Shown here piece by piece: positions 13,135-25,826 of a DNA stretch of 64,000 nucleotides. Origin of the DNA: Klebsormidium nitens. Lineage: Eukaryota > Plantae > Klebsormidiophyceae. The position numbers and the translations under genes were made by a program. How positions within the stretch are numbered: the stretch's first letter is position 1; each line of letters starts with the position of its first letter. The notes beneath the pieces were generated by a model, which saw only the letters and a list, made by a program, of their open reading frames with translations, ran no database searches and was not told where the DNA came from. The DNA is taken from positions 37,949 through 101,948 of the forward strand of contig DF237277.1 of the NCBI GenBank assembly GCA_000708835.1, in the 5' to 3' direction.

Positions 13135-16100
13135 CTAATGACGAGTTTTTCGAGTCACCGCTCGCTTGTCTTTCTCTTTTACAAGTCGCTTCCGCTTCTT
13201 CCCAGGCTGCTCCTTCACTTTGCAATCTTCGCAGCAGAAAGCTTCCGACCCTGCGAGCAAGAAGATAACGCACCAGTTGTATCTAGAACGCAGTTGAGCG
13301 ACGTACGTAGACAGAGATACTGGTCCGTTTCAGATACATCTAGTCCAGAAAACAAAACGACATTTTTCATGCTCGCATGCGGAGCTCGAACAAATCTATT
13401 GCTGGCCCTGTATCCTCGAGCGCACACTAGTTCAGGATTCTTACCTTCAATCGTCTCCTTTGAGTCAACACAAGTTGCATGAAAGTGCCCGCCGCAAACA
13501 GAACAAGCAAGCTGCAAAGAAACAACACTGTAAGCGCGTACGACGTGTACGTATGATTTCAACGTTTGAGTGGCTGGCAAGTTCAGATGCGTGATAGACT
13601 CATTGCAATCAAGCCCCTAGAAGATCTAGGGTTAATCGCGATAGCGAAGCACGGAATGCAATGCTAAATCTATGGAAACCTTGCTGGAAGGTGTGCTTCC
13701 ACATAGTCAGATTTAGCCTTTGATTCTAGCCAAATAATGTCGGCGAGCAGGTTGACTGCTTTGATTTCGGGCAGTGTGCAACTATGACAATACTCACCAT
13801 TAGACCATAAGGCGGATCTCCGCACGAGCATCCCGCCTGAGCTTGATCCTGGTCCTGCACGGGGATCGCGCTGGCAGGCAACTCTGAAGGATCAGCGGGT
13901 CCCAATTCGTCCAACAGGCCTGCAACGGATCTTTCATCTTCGGTTTTGCTTGCCAGCTCTCTTGTTTTCTCTTCTTGCTTCCTCTCTTTCTCGACCTCGG
14001 AACGCACCTCGGCAGCGAAGAACTCTTGCTTTGGGCCAGCGGTTTCTACTAGTGCGCCGTGCCCGACCTCAGAAACGTCTTTGCGCCCTTCTGCGGCGAA
14101 CCGCGGGGGCAGAACTTCAAGGACCTCGATACCGGGATCCGTCGTATTCCCTTCCTCGGCTGCGATTGGATGATCTCTCATCTCGCCGGGCACAACGTCA
14201 GGTCCGTCCTGTGCGACGCTTGATGGATGCAATTCCTTGCCGCCTCTCTCTTGATTGCTAGCATCCCCTTGAGGTTGTTCCGAAACCTCTCTTTGAGTTC
14301 CTTCAAGAGCCGCCGTTTCGACTGCTGCCCCACGGGGATCTGGGACGCCATCCGGCTCTTCAGGTTCGACCGCTTCACTGACGTGATTCGGGAGGGGAGG
14401 AGTCCGAGTCTGTGAAGATGGGCCCGACGATCCAGGAGGCTTGCCGAGACGAGAAAGGATGCTACTCCAGACCTTCTTTTGCTGCACGCTATCTTGCGGC
14501 ACGGATACCTCCAATTCGCTCTCCTCGTCTCTTTTTGAATCCGCTTCCTTCCCTTCCAGACGAGCAGCCGGAAGAAACGAAGGTGACTGCGTTGGCTCAC
14601 TCGCCTCCGCCGTCCGGTTCTCCACCTCTAACGCGTGTCCACTCTGAACGCTCTCTCCTTCGTTAGCAGTTGTCGTCAACCAGGACGGCGATGCTTGGTC
14701 TGATCTTCTGTCATCCTTTAGCGTCAACGGGATCGAAAAACTCAATTCGTTCTCACCTTTCCTTTCCTGATTGCGAGACGGTTTTGGATTTTGGAAATAA
14801 GGCGGCCCTGTTTCCTGTCTTCTCTCCGGCTCATTATGCGACTCCTTTGGCTCAGCAGTCATTTGGAAATCTTCAGGGGACTCGGTTGCAGCCGTTTCAG
14901 CTGCCTTACGAGGAGCAGCTTCGAGATCGCCTGCAGCTTGTTCAGAGACAAATCTAAGGCCCTCTTTTTCGGCTTCTACGGAGCTATGTTCGAAGGACGA
15001 ACGACGCTCGTTTTGGTCCTCTGACACTGCAGCGGCCTCCTCGGTAGTTCCACCTAGGTGCGCGCGCGCATGGCTGTCGATGTTCTCGGGATCTTTACGG
15101 CTAGCTTCCTTTAGCTGAGCTTCCGCGTCATCTGGATCAGTCCCTTCTTTTGTAAGGACACAGCCGCCAGTACTGGTGAGAGGGGTTGTTTTCGCCGGGG
15201 CAGCCAGCTCCGAACCCTTCTGATTGCCGTCTTCCCAGGCGTCAACGCCTTCCTCGAAAGTATCTCTCAGGTCACTTGTCTTCCATTCAATTGATTCTCC
15301 TTTGATGGATTGTGTGAAAGTGTCTGCTTCTTGAACTCTTCCTTTTGGATCATCTGAGATCTTGACGTGGTCGAGAGAACTTTGGGTGGCTTTTTCAAGC
15401 TTAAGGCGTTGGAAGTCGGTCACTGTCCCCTTGTTCAGTGTCTCTGCGCAGATATAGGAAACGATTGTCGACCCCAGAACTTCCTGTTAGCAGGCCCGGA
15501 ATGACACAACTAGGTATAAAGCGGCGTCGAGTAGCTAAGCGACAAGTCGTTCAAAGATTCTGTTACTTTCTAAGTCCCAGTAATTATCGTCGCCCAATTC
15601 ATGAAACGTGAAACGTACCAGTCAGGTGCTTGACGTCCGTTCCTCTTGAAACGGAGGACGGTTTCATACCGATGGCGTCTAGGCTCGATCTTAGTTCCGC
15701 AATCTCTCTCTTCAACTTCTCTTGTGTTTCTTCCCAATCGGCCTTCGTCTTCTCATACCTGCCAGGGGCGTCTTGACGGCTTGTCAGTTTCTTCACCGGT
15801 CGTTCAACAGATCACTACAATGAGCTTGGACCTGCCACACAGCAACGGAAGTATGCAAGAGCAATTACAGTGATTCTCGCGACTTGCATTGGTTCTGTTT
15901 ATAGAATAATTCGGGCGAAGAGTTTTGAAGGATGCACAAAGTCTCACCTAAGATTCGCCTCAGAAACTTCCGCTTTCAGACGAGCTACTGAGGCTGGATC
16001 TGGGGCTTCACTCTGGATCTGCAGAAAGAAGGGTGAAGTAAGCGACTTCAAGAGAGCTCTAGTCCCTGATGAGCTAGCAACCATTAACTTCGTGTGCAAG

Positions 16101-19010
16101 CAATGTTTGCGCACAGAAAACCATCGACTCACCTTCTCAAGTCGTTCCTTCACCTCTTCACTTTCATCTTGCATTTGGGCAGCTTTCAGTCGGTACTCGT
16201 CTAGAAGTTCTTGCTGTTTACGACAGGAATCTTCTCCTGATCTCGTCAAATTTTCCAGGTTCTTGATTCTGGAGATTAGGTCCTGCAAATAGCGGAGTGG
16301 ATATAATAAATATTACAGGTTGCGCGTCCGCGACGTCCCTTACTTATACATGCCGGCGTCTCTTTCATTTCACGGCGTTGATCTGCTGACGCGATTGAAT
16401 CGAGACCATTCTTTGCAAAGTGCCATAACCGAGCGCTCTGGCTTAGACGTGCTTACCTGTTTCTCCGTGGATATCTTTGAGATGATGATGTCCTTCAGCT
16501 CAATGACTTTCTGGACGTGTTCAGCGTCAAGGAAACAACAATTCGACTCGGAAAGCTTTTGATTGATCAAGGATCTCCATGATTCGACAGCTTATTGAAC
16601 GCGCTTGGATCATTTGTATTGAAAGGAAGGAAAGAGCGCACGACGAAATCGCGATAAAAGGATATTGAATGCATCTTCTCGTCAAGCCTGGTGTTCACGC
16701 TTGGTCCGCTGTGCCGGCTCATACACAAGCTCATGACCTCTCTGTCTTTCTGATCCATCTTGACCATGTAATCCTGGATAACCTTCGCTTGCTGCCTGAT
16801 CTTCACTGCAGTATGAAGAAGCAGTTGAGAAGAAGATCAGAAACAACATTTCTGTCCCTGAAGTGTAGAGATTCCGAAAGCACGAAGATATCATTATACA
16901 TTGAACCTTGCGCAATCTCTAGTCTTGGATGGTATTTTCAGAAAGATTAAAACACCTTATAACAGCTTGCAGTTTGGACAGCCTGTTTTCCTGTGGCAAA
17001 GCAGGCTTGAGCTTACCTACGAATCGTTCTTCAAAATCAGAGATGTAGTTGAGCCTCGTTGAAAGCTCTTGCACTGCACACGTTTCGTGAGTTCTTAGCT
17101 TTGTGTTTGAAAAACGCTCCGCTGGACTTGGCAGGCTACACGAACGAATGTCATCCTTTATTGAGACAAGGGGCAGAGATAAGGAAAGTGTTCAGGGCCT
17201 CGCATCTCCAAATCTTTTTCCAATTCGGGGTTCTTGAATGAGAACATCAATACTGCAGGCTTACCTTGCGATTGCCGCGTCTGTAGGATTTCGCAGGTTT
17301 CCTCGTAGGTTTTCTCAAGTCTTCCAATCTCCTGCATACACGAGTCAGTGGGTCTCTACGCTATGTGGCCAGCTGCAAAGTCCTGCCAACAAAGACCATC
17401 CCCGCTTAACTTGTACTGAGTCTTGAAGAAGTTATATTGTGATTTGTAATCATATTCTCATGTGGAGTCAGCACACGCAAAATCACTTCCAGGAAGCAAC
17501 ATTACTGGATTCTCGTTGACAACTTACCTTCTCAAAAGCTGCCATCAAGCCAGACTGCACCTTAATCTTCTCTCCCAGTTCAAAATGCTCTTCTTCCTTC
17601 ACTTTGAGTGACTGACGTAAACGATAGTTTTCAACCTGTTTAGAGGGCTAAGATCGTCAGGAGTGCAGCTGATCAGGGGCCTTTGATGGAGCTCAGGCCT
17701 TCAAGACAAGACAAAGCTGGCAGATTTGACTTCAGCTATTCTCTTTCCAGATGCAAGGAACTTCATTGAAGCTGCACATGCACACTCTGTTTTGTTTGCA
17801 TTTTCACAGTATCAAACTTCTCGTTGTTTCAAGCTACCTACCTTCAGCTCGTCTAACAGAGAAGTTCTCCCTGCTAGAACAGCCGTAGCTTCAGAACGAG
17901 AACATTCCTCCTTCTGCCCTAGTATCTCAAGATCTCTCTTGAGGCTGGATACCTGCGAAAGGAAAGCCCGCATGTCAAAGATTACTGAATTGCTCTGCAA
18001 GTCAGAGGATCTCGTGAATCACAAATGAAGGGAGTCCCACCCAAGTCGTGCTCTCCTATTCCTTACATGATAGATGGGGTCTTCCTTCAAATTGCTGAAT
18101 TCGTCTCAAGGACAATTCCAGCGAAGAAGCACAAGTTGCACGTACGGAAGAGGCCTCACCAGGGACTTGTGAGTGTTCTTTTTAAGTCCCTGTATTGTAC
18201 GTATGGACGGTACAGACTGTGATCATGTTCAAACGGCGGCGCGAATAAGAAGCGAGAGAAATACCAAATTCACCAGCTTACCAGGGTCCTTGCCCGCTTT
18301 TCCGCTTCGGACGCCAGCTCAGCTTTCTTTTCAAGGTCCTTCGTCCGTGCCGTGTGTGCATCTTCAGCTTCTTTCTTCTGCTCCGAAACCCTAGAGAGCT
18401 CTTCCCGTGCAGCCTTCTCTTTGTTCTGGCCAAGGTTAAACAACTTTAGCGGAGAAGGAAATGGCGTCCGCGAGCAGCGTAAGCAATAACAGCTCATTTT
18501 GGAAAAAATATGCAAAGAGGAAATGCTGAAGCGGCGTCAAGGAGCTATCTGGAGGAGCGGCGGATGTGACTTTTGCAGGGTGGGCTACATATATCTTCTC
18601 GAGTCCGGTCCGGACTCGATGATGCGCACCTGCAAAAGTTGGATCTGCGTGGCCACGTTCTTAAGACGATACTTCAGTTTGGAGAAGGAAAGTCCATTTG
18701 ATGCACTGTTGCCACCCTCGTCACTTCCCTGTCCTTCGATTCTTCGATTCTGCACGTGAACAACATTTTTGCATTTGTTTTCATCCTTCAAAGAGAAGAG
18801 GACATCCCCGGCAAAGCTCAATGGAGATTGGCACGAAGTTGGCAACGCTTAGCGGCTGCCATGAGCACAGGAAAGTGGGGCCTCTGCGTGATCAAGCGGA
18901 CGAGGAGAAGCACGCATTGATCATCACTTAGGCTTCGGTTGCCGTGAGCTTACTCCAGGGTGCCCTCGTTCCCGTTCTTCGTCTTTTTCAGGGACGGGGT
19001 CTCGGGCCAT
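13135..19010 (-). CDS. Long coiled-coil protein with acidic low-complexity region and C-terminal PHD finger plus basic NLS-like tail
   Basis: Probable first exon 19010-18954 (MARDPVPEKDEER, donor GTAAGC), then multiple heptad-rich exons at 15.6-18.8 kb and a large exon ending at 13798. Exons 13511-13445 and 13250-13135 splice in phase to give CSCGDPPYGLM-LACSVCGGHFHATCV...GSEAFCCEDC (C4HC3), then KKRKR and TAG. The internal exon borders are approximate. Confidence 0.75.
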
Positions 19011-20055
19011 TGGCTCGTACTGCCGCTTCGATGCGCCTAGTACAAGTCACTTCGCGAACGCCAGACCAAGAGCACTGCTCTGCGTCACACGGTCCACTTT
19101 AGCTGAGCTTTCTTCTCATCGCCTAGCCGGACAGGAATCTGACTGCCTTCCTGAAACTGTTTTTAACAGGTCTAGTCTGGCAGGAGCTCCTAGGTCGCCT
19201 TGAGCTGTGTGACACACTGCAGTCGCCCCGAGCTTTTTATGCGCATAGTAGTCGGTTTGGACAAGTCATTATTGAGTCTCACTACTTTCGAATCCAACTG
19301 AAGCTCCAGGGCAGGATTCCACGGTGCGCCAGTGGAAGGACAATTGAAATACGTAGCTGCTCGTCAACCATTTCGTCAGCTTCTACTTTGGGGTTTCAAA
19401 CAGCTTATCCACTCTACGTAGTAAAGTCGTTCCGATACGGCAGACGCCCTGACGGTATAGTCGTGCTGAAGCTCTAGGAGGGCTGCGAGGGATTTGCGAC
19501 GACTGGCGATGTAAGCTTGACCTCAGGCTCATTTGCGCTCATTTGAAATCATGACAAGCATGTGATCGAGCCAGATGCGATGTCATCGTGCATACTCATC
19601 CAAATCTGTTCATATCATGCAGATACCTGCATGTTTTGCTAGAAGTCCATAACAGTATGCTAACACATCGTGACGGTGTCCAAGCGGATCCATGTAGGTA
19701 AGTAGAAGGTTGCTTTTGTCTTAATTGGGAACCGTGACCCGTGAACGGACTAAGAATACGGCCTTGAATTGCTTAACAGGGCCACGCTGTGCATGAATGA
19801 ACTCACATGCAGCCTTGAAACATGGGAATGAGATTGCATACCTATAAGGACCTAATTGCACTGGTGAAGCCATAGTACATGCCAAAAAGGGGTTCATGGT
19901 GTTTCAGCTTGCATGGTTCATAAATATTCGAATCTTATATCAAGATTGCACACAGCAATGATGCATAGCCGGCTTTGACGGTGCGAATCTTGCACAATCG
20001 TCGCGCCTTGATTCTTAGTGAATGTCGGCCGGAGGGAGACATGTTTGTGAGTTGG

Positions 20056-20499
20056 TGTGACGAAATAATAAGGCTTAGCCGCAAAGGTTGCGGGTCCGGC
20101 GCGCGGAGTCGCGCGGCCGCCTAGAATACGTCGACGTGTCGTCGGTAGAGATGTCTAAACCCCGAACCCTTGATGTCACGAGGAGTTGAGTAGGACACTC
20201 ACCGAGCGGCGGTTATAGACTTGAGATAGACATGCATGAACTGGAACTGGATCGTCCTCTTTTTCTACTTATCGGATTTGGGAAGCAAGGCGCTTCGTTC
20301 TCTTCTTCTCCGCATGGCTTCCGCCATGCCTCTGGCCATCTCATGAGGTATCGTCATGGTGCTGAATGCATGAAGTAAGTCTGTGAGCATGATGTATAGA
20401 ATGGGAGTCATCTAGCTGCGCCGGTGAATACGGCTGATTGTCACTGCCGCCGCCGCCGGCGGAGAGTACCCCTTTCTTTAGCGGAGACCCCAGTTAATT
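20056..20499 (+). repeat. 5' LTR (lacks the terminal TTCGTCACA present in the 3' copy)
   Basis: Starts TGTGACGAAA and runs ...CCCCAGTTAATT directly into the PBS TGGTGG. Confidence 0.92.
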
Positions 20500-20522
20500 T
20501 GGTGGCGAGAGTGGGATTTGAA
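20500..20522 (+). promoter_or_regulatory. Primer binding site complementary to a tRNA 3' end (probably tRNA-Leu)
   Basis: The reverse complement TTCAAAT-CCCAC-TCTCGCC-A-CCA has exact T-loop(7)/T-stem(5)/acceptor(7)/discriminator/CCA spacing. The Leu identity is inferred from discriminator A and the TTCAAATCCCAC T-arm. Confidence 0.85.
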
Positions 20523-21331
20523 TCACGTCCCGATCGCGGCTAACAGTCCGCAGGCTAATGGTCAAGTTGAACGTTACATGCAGGTGATCAAAGCTTGTCT
20601 GCGGAAGTGTGCTCACGAGCACCCTGACAGCTGGCACCAGCATCTCTCCGGAGTCGCGTTCGATATTAGGACCACCTTTTCAGGACACCATTCAAATGTC
20701 TCCTTTTCAATGCCTTTACGGTCGTTCCCCCCTTTTACCGATCGAAATCAACAGTCTTCCTACTCGCCACGGGTTGGTGCGGCCGAACCTCAATCGCCCA
20801 GAGACCGAAGCGGAGCGCCAGCAGAGGATTAGTAACATTCACCAAGCTCAATCATCGGCCAAGGCAATGATTTTGGGCGCGTCTATTGTGCAGAGAAAGA
20901 ACTTCGCCCGATGGAACGCCACGGCGAAAAACAAGGTCGCGCTTTTGAAAAAAGGGGATTGGGTGTTAATGAAGCGGCCCGGGACGATTAGGGGTCATCG
21001 ACTCCGATGCGAAGGCCCTTACGCGTTCCTTGGGTGGCTCCCCGGTCTCAAAAACAAGAAGGCGGTTTTGCAAGACCATCTCGGGCAAAAATGGTTCCGC
21101 AACGCTCACGAGCTTTGCCGGTATTTTCCCCGTATCCAGTTCGTCCGCGAGTACCTGGAGGAGGTCCGCGCCGTGGATGGCGTCCGCCCTATGCCCAACC
21201 TTCTTATTGCCCGTTTCCTCGAGAGGAATTTCGTGGCCCCCCCTTTTGCCAGCCTCCGTTTGGAGCAGGCTATTACCAAGGTCCGCAAGCTCCATGGTTT
21301 CGTCCCCCTCCGCCGCAGTTCCACTCAATGA
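20518..21331 (+). pseudogene. Truncated, frameshifted gypsy integrase (C-terminal half of core plus GPY/F region)
   Basis: NHVPIAANSPQANGQVERYMQVIK...W...L..VAF.IRTT, a +1 shift in the T-run at ~20677-80, then QDTIQMSPFQCLYGRSPLLP and KKGDWVLMK...EGPY. The HHCC domain and first two catalytic Asp are absent. Confidence 0.9.
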
Positions 21332-21828
21332 GTCCTGCCCTCAATTTCGCAGGTTCGAAGCGTCCATACCGGCGGGGTATGAGCGAGGAAGGGCACGAGA
21401 GGAAGAAGCGGCAGCGGCGAGCGGAGGAGCGGCCCCATCGGAAGCGGGGGCCCCCTGAAACTTCGGAATCCACGGAATCCGAAGAAGTTCCATTAGTCCG
21501 GAAAAGGATGTCGCGGAAAGAGCACTCGGAAGCCACGGCTGAAGAGCAGGACGCGGCTATGGGGAGGCTGGACGAGGCCGATTTACACCGGCCCCTTGAC
21601 GTCCTGCCCGCCCCGCATCAGCCGGATCTTCGTTTTGAGGAATTGCAAGCGCCTCTTCTCGAAGTCATTCCGGCGAACCCGCGAACGGAACCCAAACGGA
21701 TGACGGAAATTGACCAAGCCCAAGCGCTGGTGGCAAGCCACAGTGCAATTGCGGGAAAGGTCTGCACCCAGTTGTTGGCCAACTGGATTTTCGTCATTGG
21801 GCATTGCTTGAAGCACGTCCGTGGTTAA
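21328..21828 (+). CDS. LTR-element extra ORF (basic/acidic N-terminus), unknown function
   Basis: The ATG overlaps the integrase stop (ATGA, 21328-31). 166 aa, with RKKRQRR and RKRG basic clusters. Confidence 0.45.
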   Translation: MSPALNFAGSKRPYRRGMSEEGHERKKRQRRAEERPHRKRGPPETSESTESEEVPLVRKRMSRKEHSEATAEEQDAAMGRLDEADLHRPLDVLPAPHQPDLRFEELQAPLLEVIPANPRTEPKRMTEIDQAQALVASHSAIAGKVCTQLLANWIFVIGHCLKHVRG

Positions 21829-21946
21829 GAGTTACATGCGCGGCTAGCCGCTAATTCAGTTCCTCATCGGGATTCTCCGGCGGATACTCCTAAGCGAAGC
21901 GTTCAATCTCCTTAGCGGACCGCATGCGGTCGAGGAGAGAGCGTAT

Positions 21947-24900
21947 TTGATGGGGGTAGCGGAGTGGGCCCGGCACGAGCGGTCCGACCCCGCGGGGAAG
22001 GACATTGATTTTTTCGTGGGGCAGTGGTCCAGCAAGATTGCTAAACGGCCAAGGCCGGCGCAATCCTTTGGACAATGGCAGTATGGGGTTTCGGCAGTTC
22101 TTACCGGGGGTCGAGTGGAGCAAGAGCTGGCAGCCATCGCACGCGATACTGCGCAGTGGTTGGACAAACCCTTAACCTTCCCCCCGTTCCTGCGGAGCGA
22201 ACTTCGAAAAGTTAAGCCCCGCGAGATCCAAGTCCCTGCCAAGCCTCACAAGACTCGGGAGTCAGTATTGGTCTTGGCGGATTGGGAGTTAGCGAGCGCT
22301 GCGTGTCCTTTTCCACGGAAGGGACTCAAGAGCGAGGGTGAGCAGACGGTCGAAGGCGCCCAGTCGGCGGGCAGGACCGATTCGCAGACGCCGTCGTTCG
22401 TGGATGTGGTGCGGCGGCGCGAGTCGAGCGGTGGCGGCCGCGGTAGAGGAGCGCGCGCGCCGACGCCCAAGAAGCAGAAGACCGGAGCCACCGAGGGCGC
22501 CCAAGGCGGGGAGGCGGAGAGCGCGCGCGCGCGACGCCGTCAGAGCCGAGGGGAGAAGTCGCGGGAGGAGTCCGGCGGAGAAATGGAAGGAGCGGGGCAG
22601 GGGCCGGCTGCTACGGTCATGACCGAGGAGCCGGCAGAAGAAAATGAAAACAACATGTTGCGCGCCTGGGAGGTGGCGAAAAGTTCGGCGGAAGACGAGT
22701 GGCTTCGCCGCGCGCGCGCGGACAAAGTCAAACGTTTTGGGACCAGGAGCGACCGGGGCGGGAAGTTTGTAGAAGAGATTCAGAAGGATGGCGTGTGGTG
22801 CAAGATCCAACGTATTGAGGGCACGCAAGAAAAGTGGGAGTCCGCCGGAATTGAGATTCCCCAGCTGCAACTAAGAGTCCACGGATTCTTACGGAACATT
22901 CTGTGGGGGGAACCGGTAGCCGAGCGGTTTGCACTTTTTATGCCGGATGAGTTCTTCTCGCAGTACGTGGACGGCACCACGGTGTCGGACCTGGGTCTCG
23001 TGGAGTTGGAACAGCTAGCTCTTGATGGAACGCTGCAGGAATGGGAAAGGAGCGCTAATCGGGGGGTCCTGTTCCAGTGGGGAATGTTAAACGACCCCAA
23101 CCAGTTGTACAGTCCACGGACTGTGTCGCTGTCAGCCTTCCAGTGCAGCTCACGCGACGAAGAGCTGGATTCTGCCTTCCACGACGTCGACCTTACGATC
23201 CCCGCGGCGGTCATCGAGCAGATCGTTTTTGATCGCAGAAAGGAGCCGCGGTGGACGAAGGATCGCGTTCGTGAGTTGCTCACGAATGAGGACTGGGGGG
23301 TTCCGGCGTGGTCGAATCTTTCGGAAGCGGACCGGAAGGATAACGACAGAGCTGCTCAACAACTCCTGGCTGCTTTAGGGGAGTCGGATAGGCGGCAAGG
23401 CCGGAAGCAACAGGGAAGAGAGTGAAAGAAGAGAGAGCGGGAATCTCCTCCGAGGAGGAAATCGAACTCATCGGGGAAACTTGCAGATTTGCGGGTGAGG
23501 ATTACGAGAGGATGGGGAGCGTTCGCGAAAAGGTTGCAGCCAAGGTTGTGACCGCCGGAGCGGATACTCCAAAGGAGGGGAGGAAAAAGCCGGAGCCGGA
23601 ACCTAAGGGAACCGGAACGAAGAAGGGGAAGCTGAGGAAGTCAGACCCGGAAGCGGAACGGGGGCGGTCGAATTGAAATCGCCTCCCCCGGGATCGGCTA
23701 CCTTGGAAGAGGCTCAGCTGAAAAGTCCGAGGACTCCATCTAAGTCCCCGGCAAAAGCCTCTGGCGGAACGGAACGGAAGAAGGCGGAACCGGAAATCAA
23801 GGTTTCCGGCGGAAAGAAGGGACTCGACGAGTCGGGCCCCGAGCGAAAGCAGGTTGAAACAGGTAAAAAGGTCGAGAAGGGTGCGGAGCCCAAGGGCCCT
23901 GCACCAGAAACTGTTGTAATTCTGGAGGTAGGGAAGACGGAAGCCAGAACCGAGCCCAAGGGCGGTCCGCCGGAACAGCGGAAAGCATTGGGGGAAGTTC
24001 AGAAGAGCGAAATGTCTGCGGACATTCCGGGGGGCGATCTCGAAACAGCTTTAGCGGATCTTAATGCGAAGGAGGAAGCTGAGTACGAGAAAGCCCAGGA
24101 ACAGGAAAAGACGGATCGGGAAGAAGAGCGGAAGCGGAAAGATGCAGAAGAAGAGGAGCGGAAGCGGGAAGCAGAAGAAGTGGCCACGGCCTGGGCGAAG
24201 GGGTTAGATCATGCGGGGATCGCGCTTGGCGAAAGCGCGTTTGAACCGGATCTACCACCCAGCACCGAGGCAGAAAAGCAGGCCTATATAAAAGAAGCGG
24301 CCGGCGGGTCAGGGGGCGGAAAGTTGGAAAGGCCCAAGGGCGCACTTGTTTTTGGGGGCCTAGCAGCAGACCAGGGGCGAGAAGACGCTGTCAAGGCGCC
24401 AATTGCCCCGGTAAGTCGACTCCGTTTTCCGTCACCTGGGCCAAGACTGCCTCTGCAGGAGAAGAATTTGAAAAACGATAGAAGTCGTTTTGAAGCAATG
24501 AGGAAAGGTTCCCCTGCCCAGATCTCCAAGGAGACGCTGCAGGACGATATTCGGATAACTATAGCATCGGTGAAGGAATCCCGTTCGCCATGTCGGCGCT
24601 GTCAGAAGTTCGGTCATTTCCCGAGGGAGTGCCCGAATCAAGTCGCCTCCGTTCATTGTGTTTGCTGCAACTCCTATGGAAGGCATCGAAAGCGCTGCAA
24701 GCAGCGTCGGGCGATGTATTCGGACGTGGTGTCCGTAGACTTAGACTCGCCTTTGGCGCGAGAGGTGAGGAAGGAAATAGCTCGGGAAGCTGGTGGGTCT
24801 GACACAGAGAGTGAATCCCCTCTGCAGACGGCCGAAGCGGCCGCTGGTGACACGTCACCAGGGGCGACAGCACTGTCGGGGCGTCCGTTCCTGGTCTCGG

Positions 24901-25427
24901 ACGGGGGAATTCCGTTGGACGGCGGAGTTCCGGTGGGCGGAGCGGCCTCCACGGAGGCGCCGGATCTCGATCCGGACAAGTTCACGGGCATGGCTTTTGA
25001 GGAAGGACTCGGGGGTGAAGCAGAAGAAGCGGCCGCGGCACTCGAGAACGTGCGAGGGATCGTTGTTCCGTCCCTAGGAGTTCCGGAAACCCGAACTGGT
25101 CAAGACCAGTTCGAGAGCGGAGGGGCTTTGACGGAACGGCGGAACGATACCGCACCTTCTCCTAGCTCATCGCGGCGCGGGGGTCGCGGTCCGGTTACCG
25201 CTTACCCTCTCCTAGGGTCCGTCACGCATTACGTCAGCCGCCGGAGCGGAATGATGGCGATTCAACGTTTTGTGGACGGACAGATTACGGTCAGCATGGT
25301 TCCGCTGGGTCGGTACATGCGAGGGGCCGAGTTTTCGCAGCCGACGACCGTGCACTTCGTGAAAGGAGTCCCACGGGGTTTCTTCCAGAGGAGCGCGGAG
25401 GCGTGCGAATCCGACGAATCAGAATAG
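21947..25427 (+). CDS. LTR-element extra ORF(s), ~1150 aa in three pieces joined by -1 shifts, with a CCHC zinc knuckle
   Basis: ORFs 21947-23425, 23422-23676 and 23673-25427 each overlap the next by NTGA. CRRCQKFGHFPREC (C-x2-C-x4-H-x4-C) lies at 24591-24632, followed by a degenerate second knuckle. There are globular-looking W-rich segments at ~21.95-22.3 kb and ~22.75-23.38 kb. Confidence 0.65.
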
Positions 25428-25808
25428 ATGTACAGAGCGGCAGTAGTCCGCAAAATGTACTATAGTGTAAATGGAACCGAGGCTGTCGACGCTAGGGACA
25501 TGAAAGCAGGGGACCACCACGGTGCGCCCCTGGGTAGTTTGTGTGGATTTGGTAAAGGCTAGCGAAACTCTTGGCACGGCAGAGTCACGACTCTGTTTTG
25601 AGAATTCAGTGTACTTCTTTCGAACCGTGTCGGGATTCGCCACGGCGTCTTCCGGAAAGGTTCTCAACGTCCAGGTGTACCTTTTCTCTCTTCATGACTA
25701 AGGCTTGAACGTTCCAATTTGGATGGATAGCTTAGAAGAGAGTTTTTAATGGCACCAAGACCTCTGGTAATCATGGCTGGATTTGGACGCGAGGACGCTT
25801 TTTCGAAC

Positions 25809-25816
25809 GGGGGGAG
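25809..25816 (+). promoter_or_regulatory. Polypurine tract (GGGGGGAG)
   Basis: Purine run 10 nt upstream of the 3' LTR start, separated from it by CCGTCACAGC. Confidence 0.7.
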
Positions 25817-25826
25817 CCGTCACAGC

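Noticed and set aside
13251-13444. BRCT-like string KNVVLFSGLD in ORF 13215-13580
   Set aside because: It lies in an intron: a GTAAGA donor after 13445 and an acceptor before 13250 give the complete PHD instead.
20500-20522. tRNA gene or phage-type att site
   Set aside because: Only the 3' 23 nt are present, antisense and directly after an LTR, so it is a PBS.
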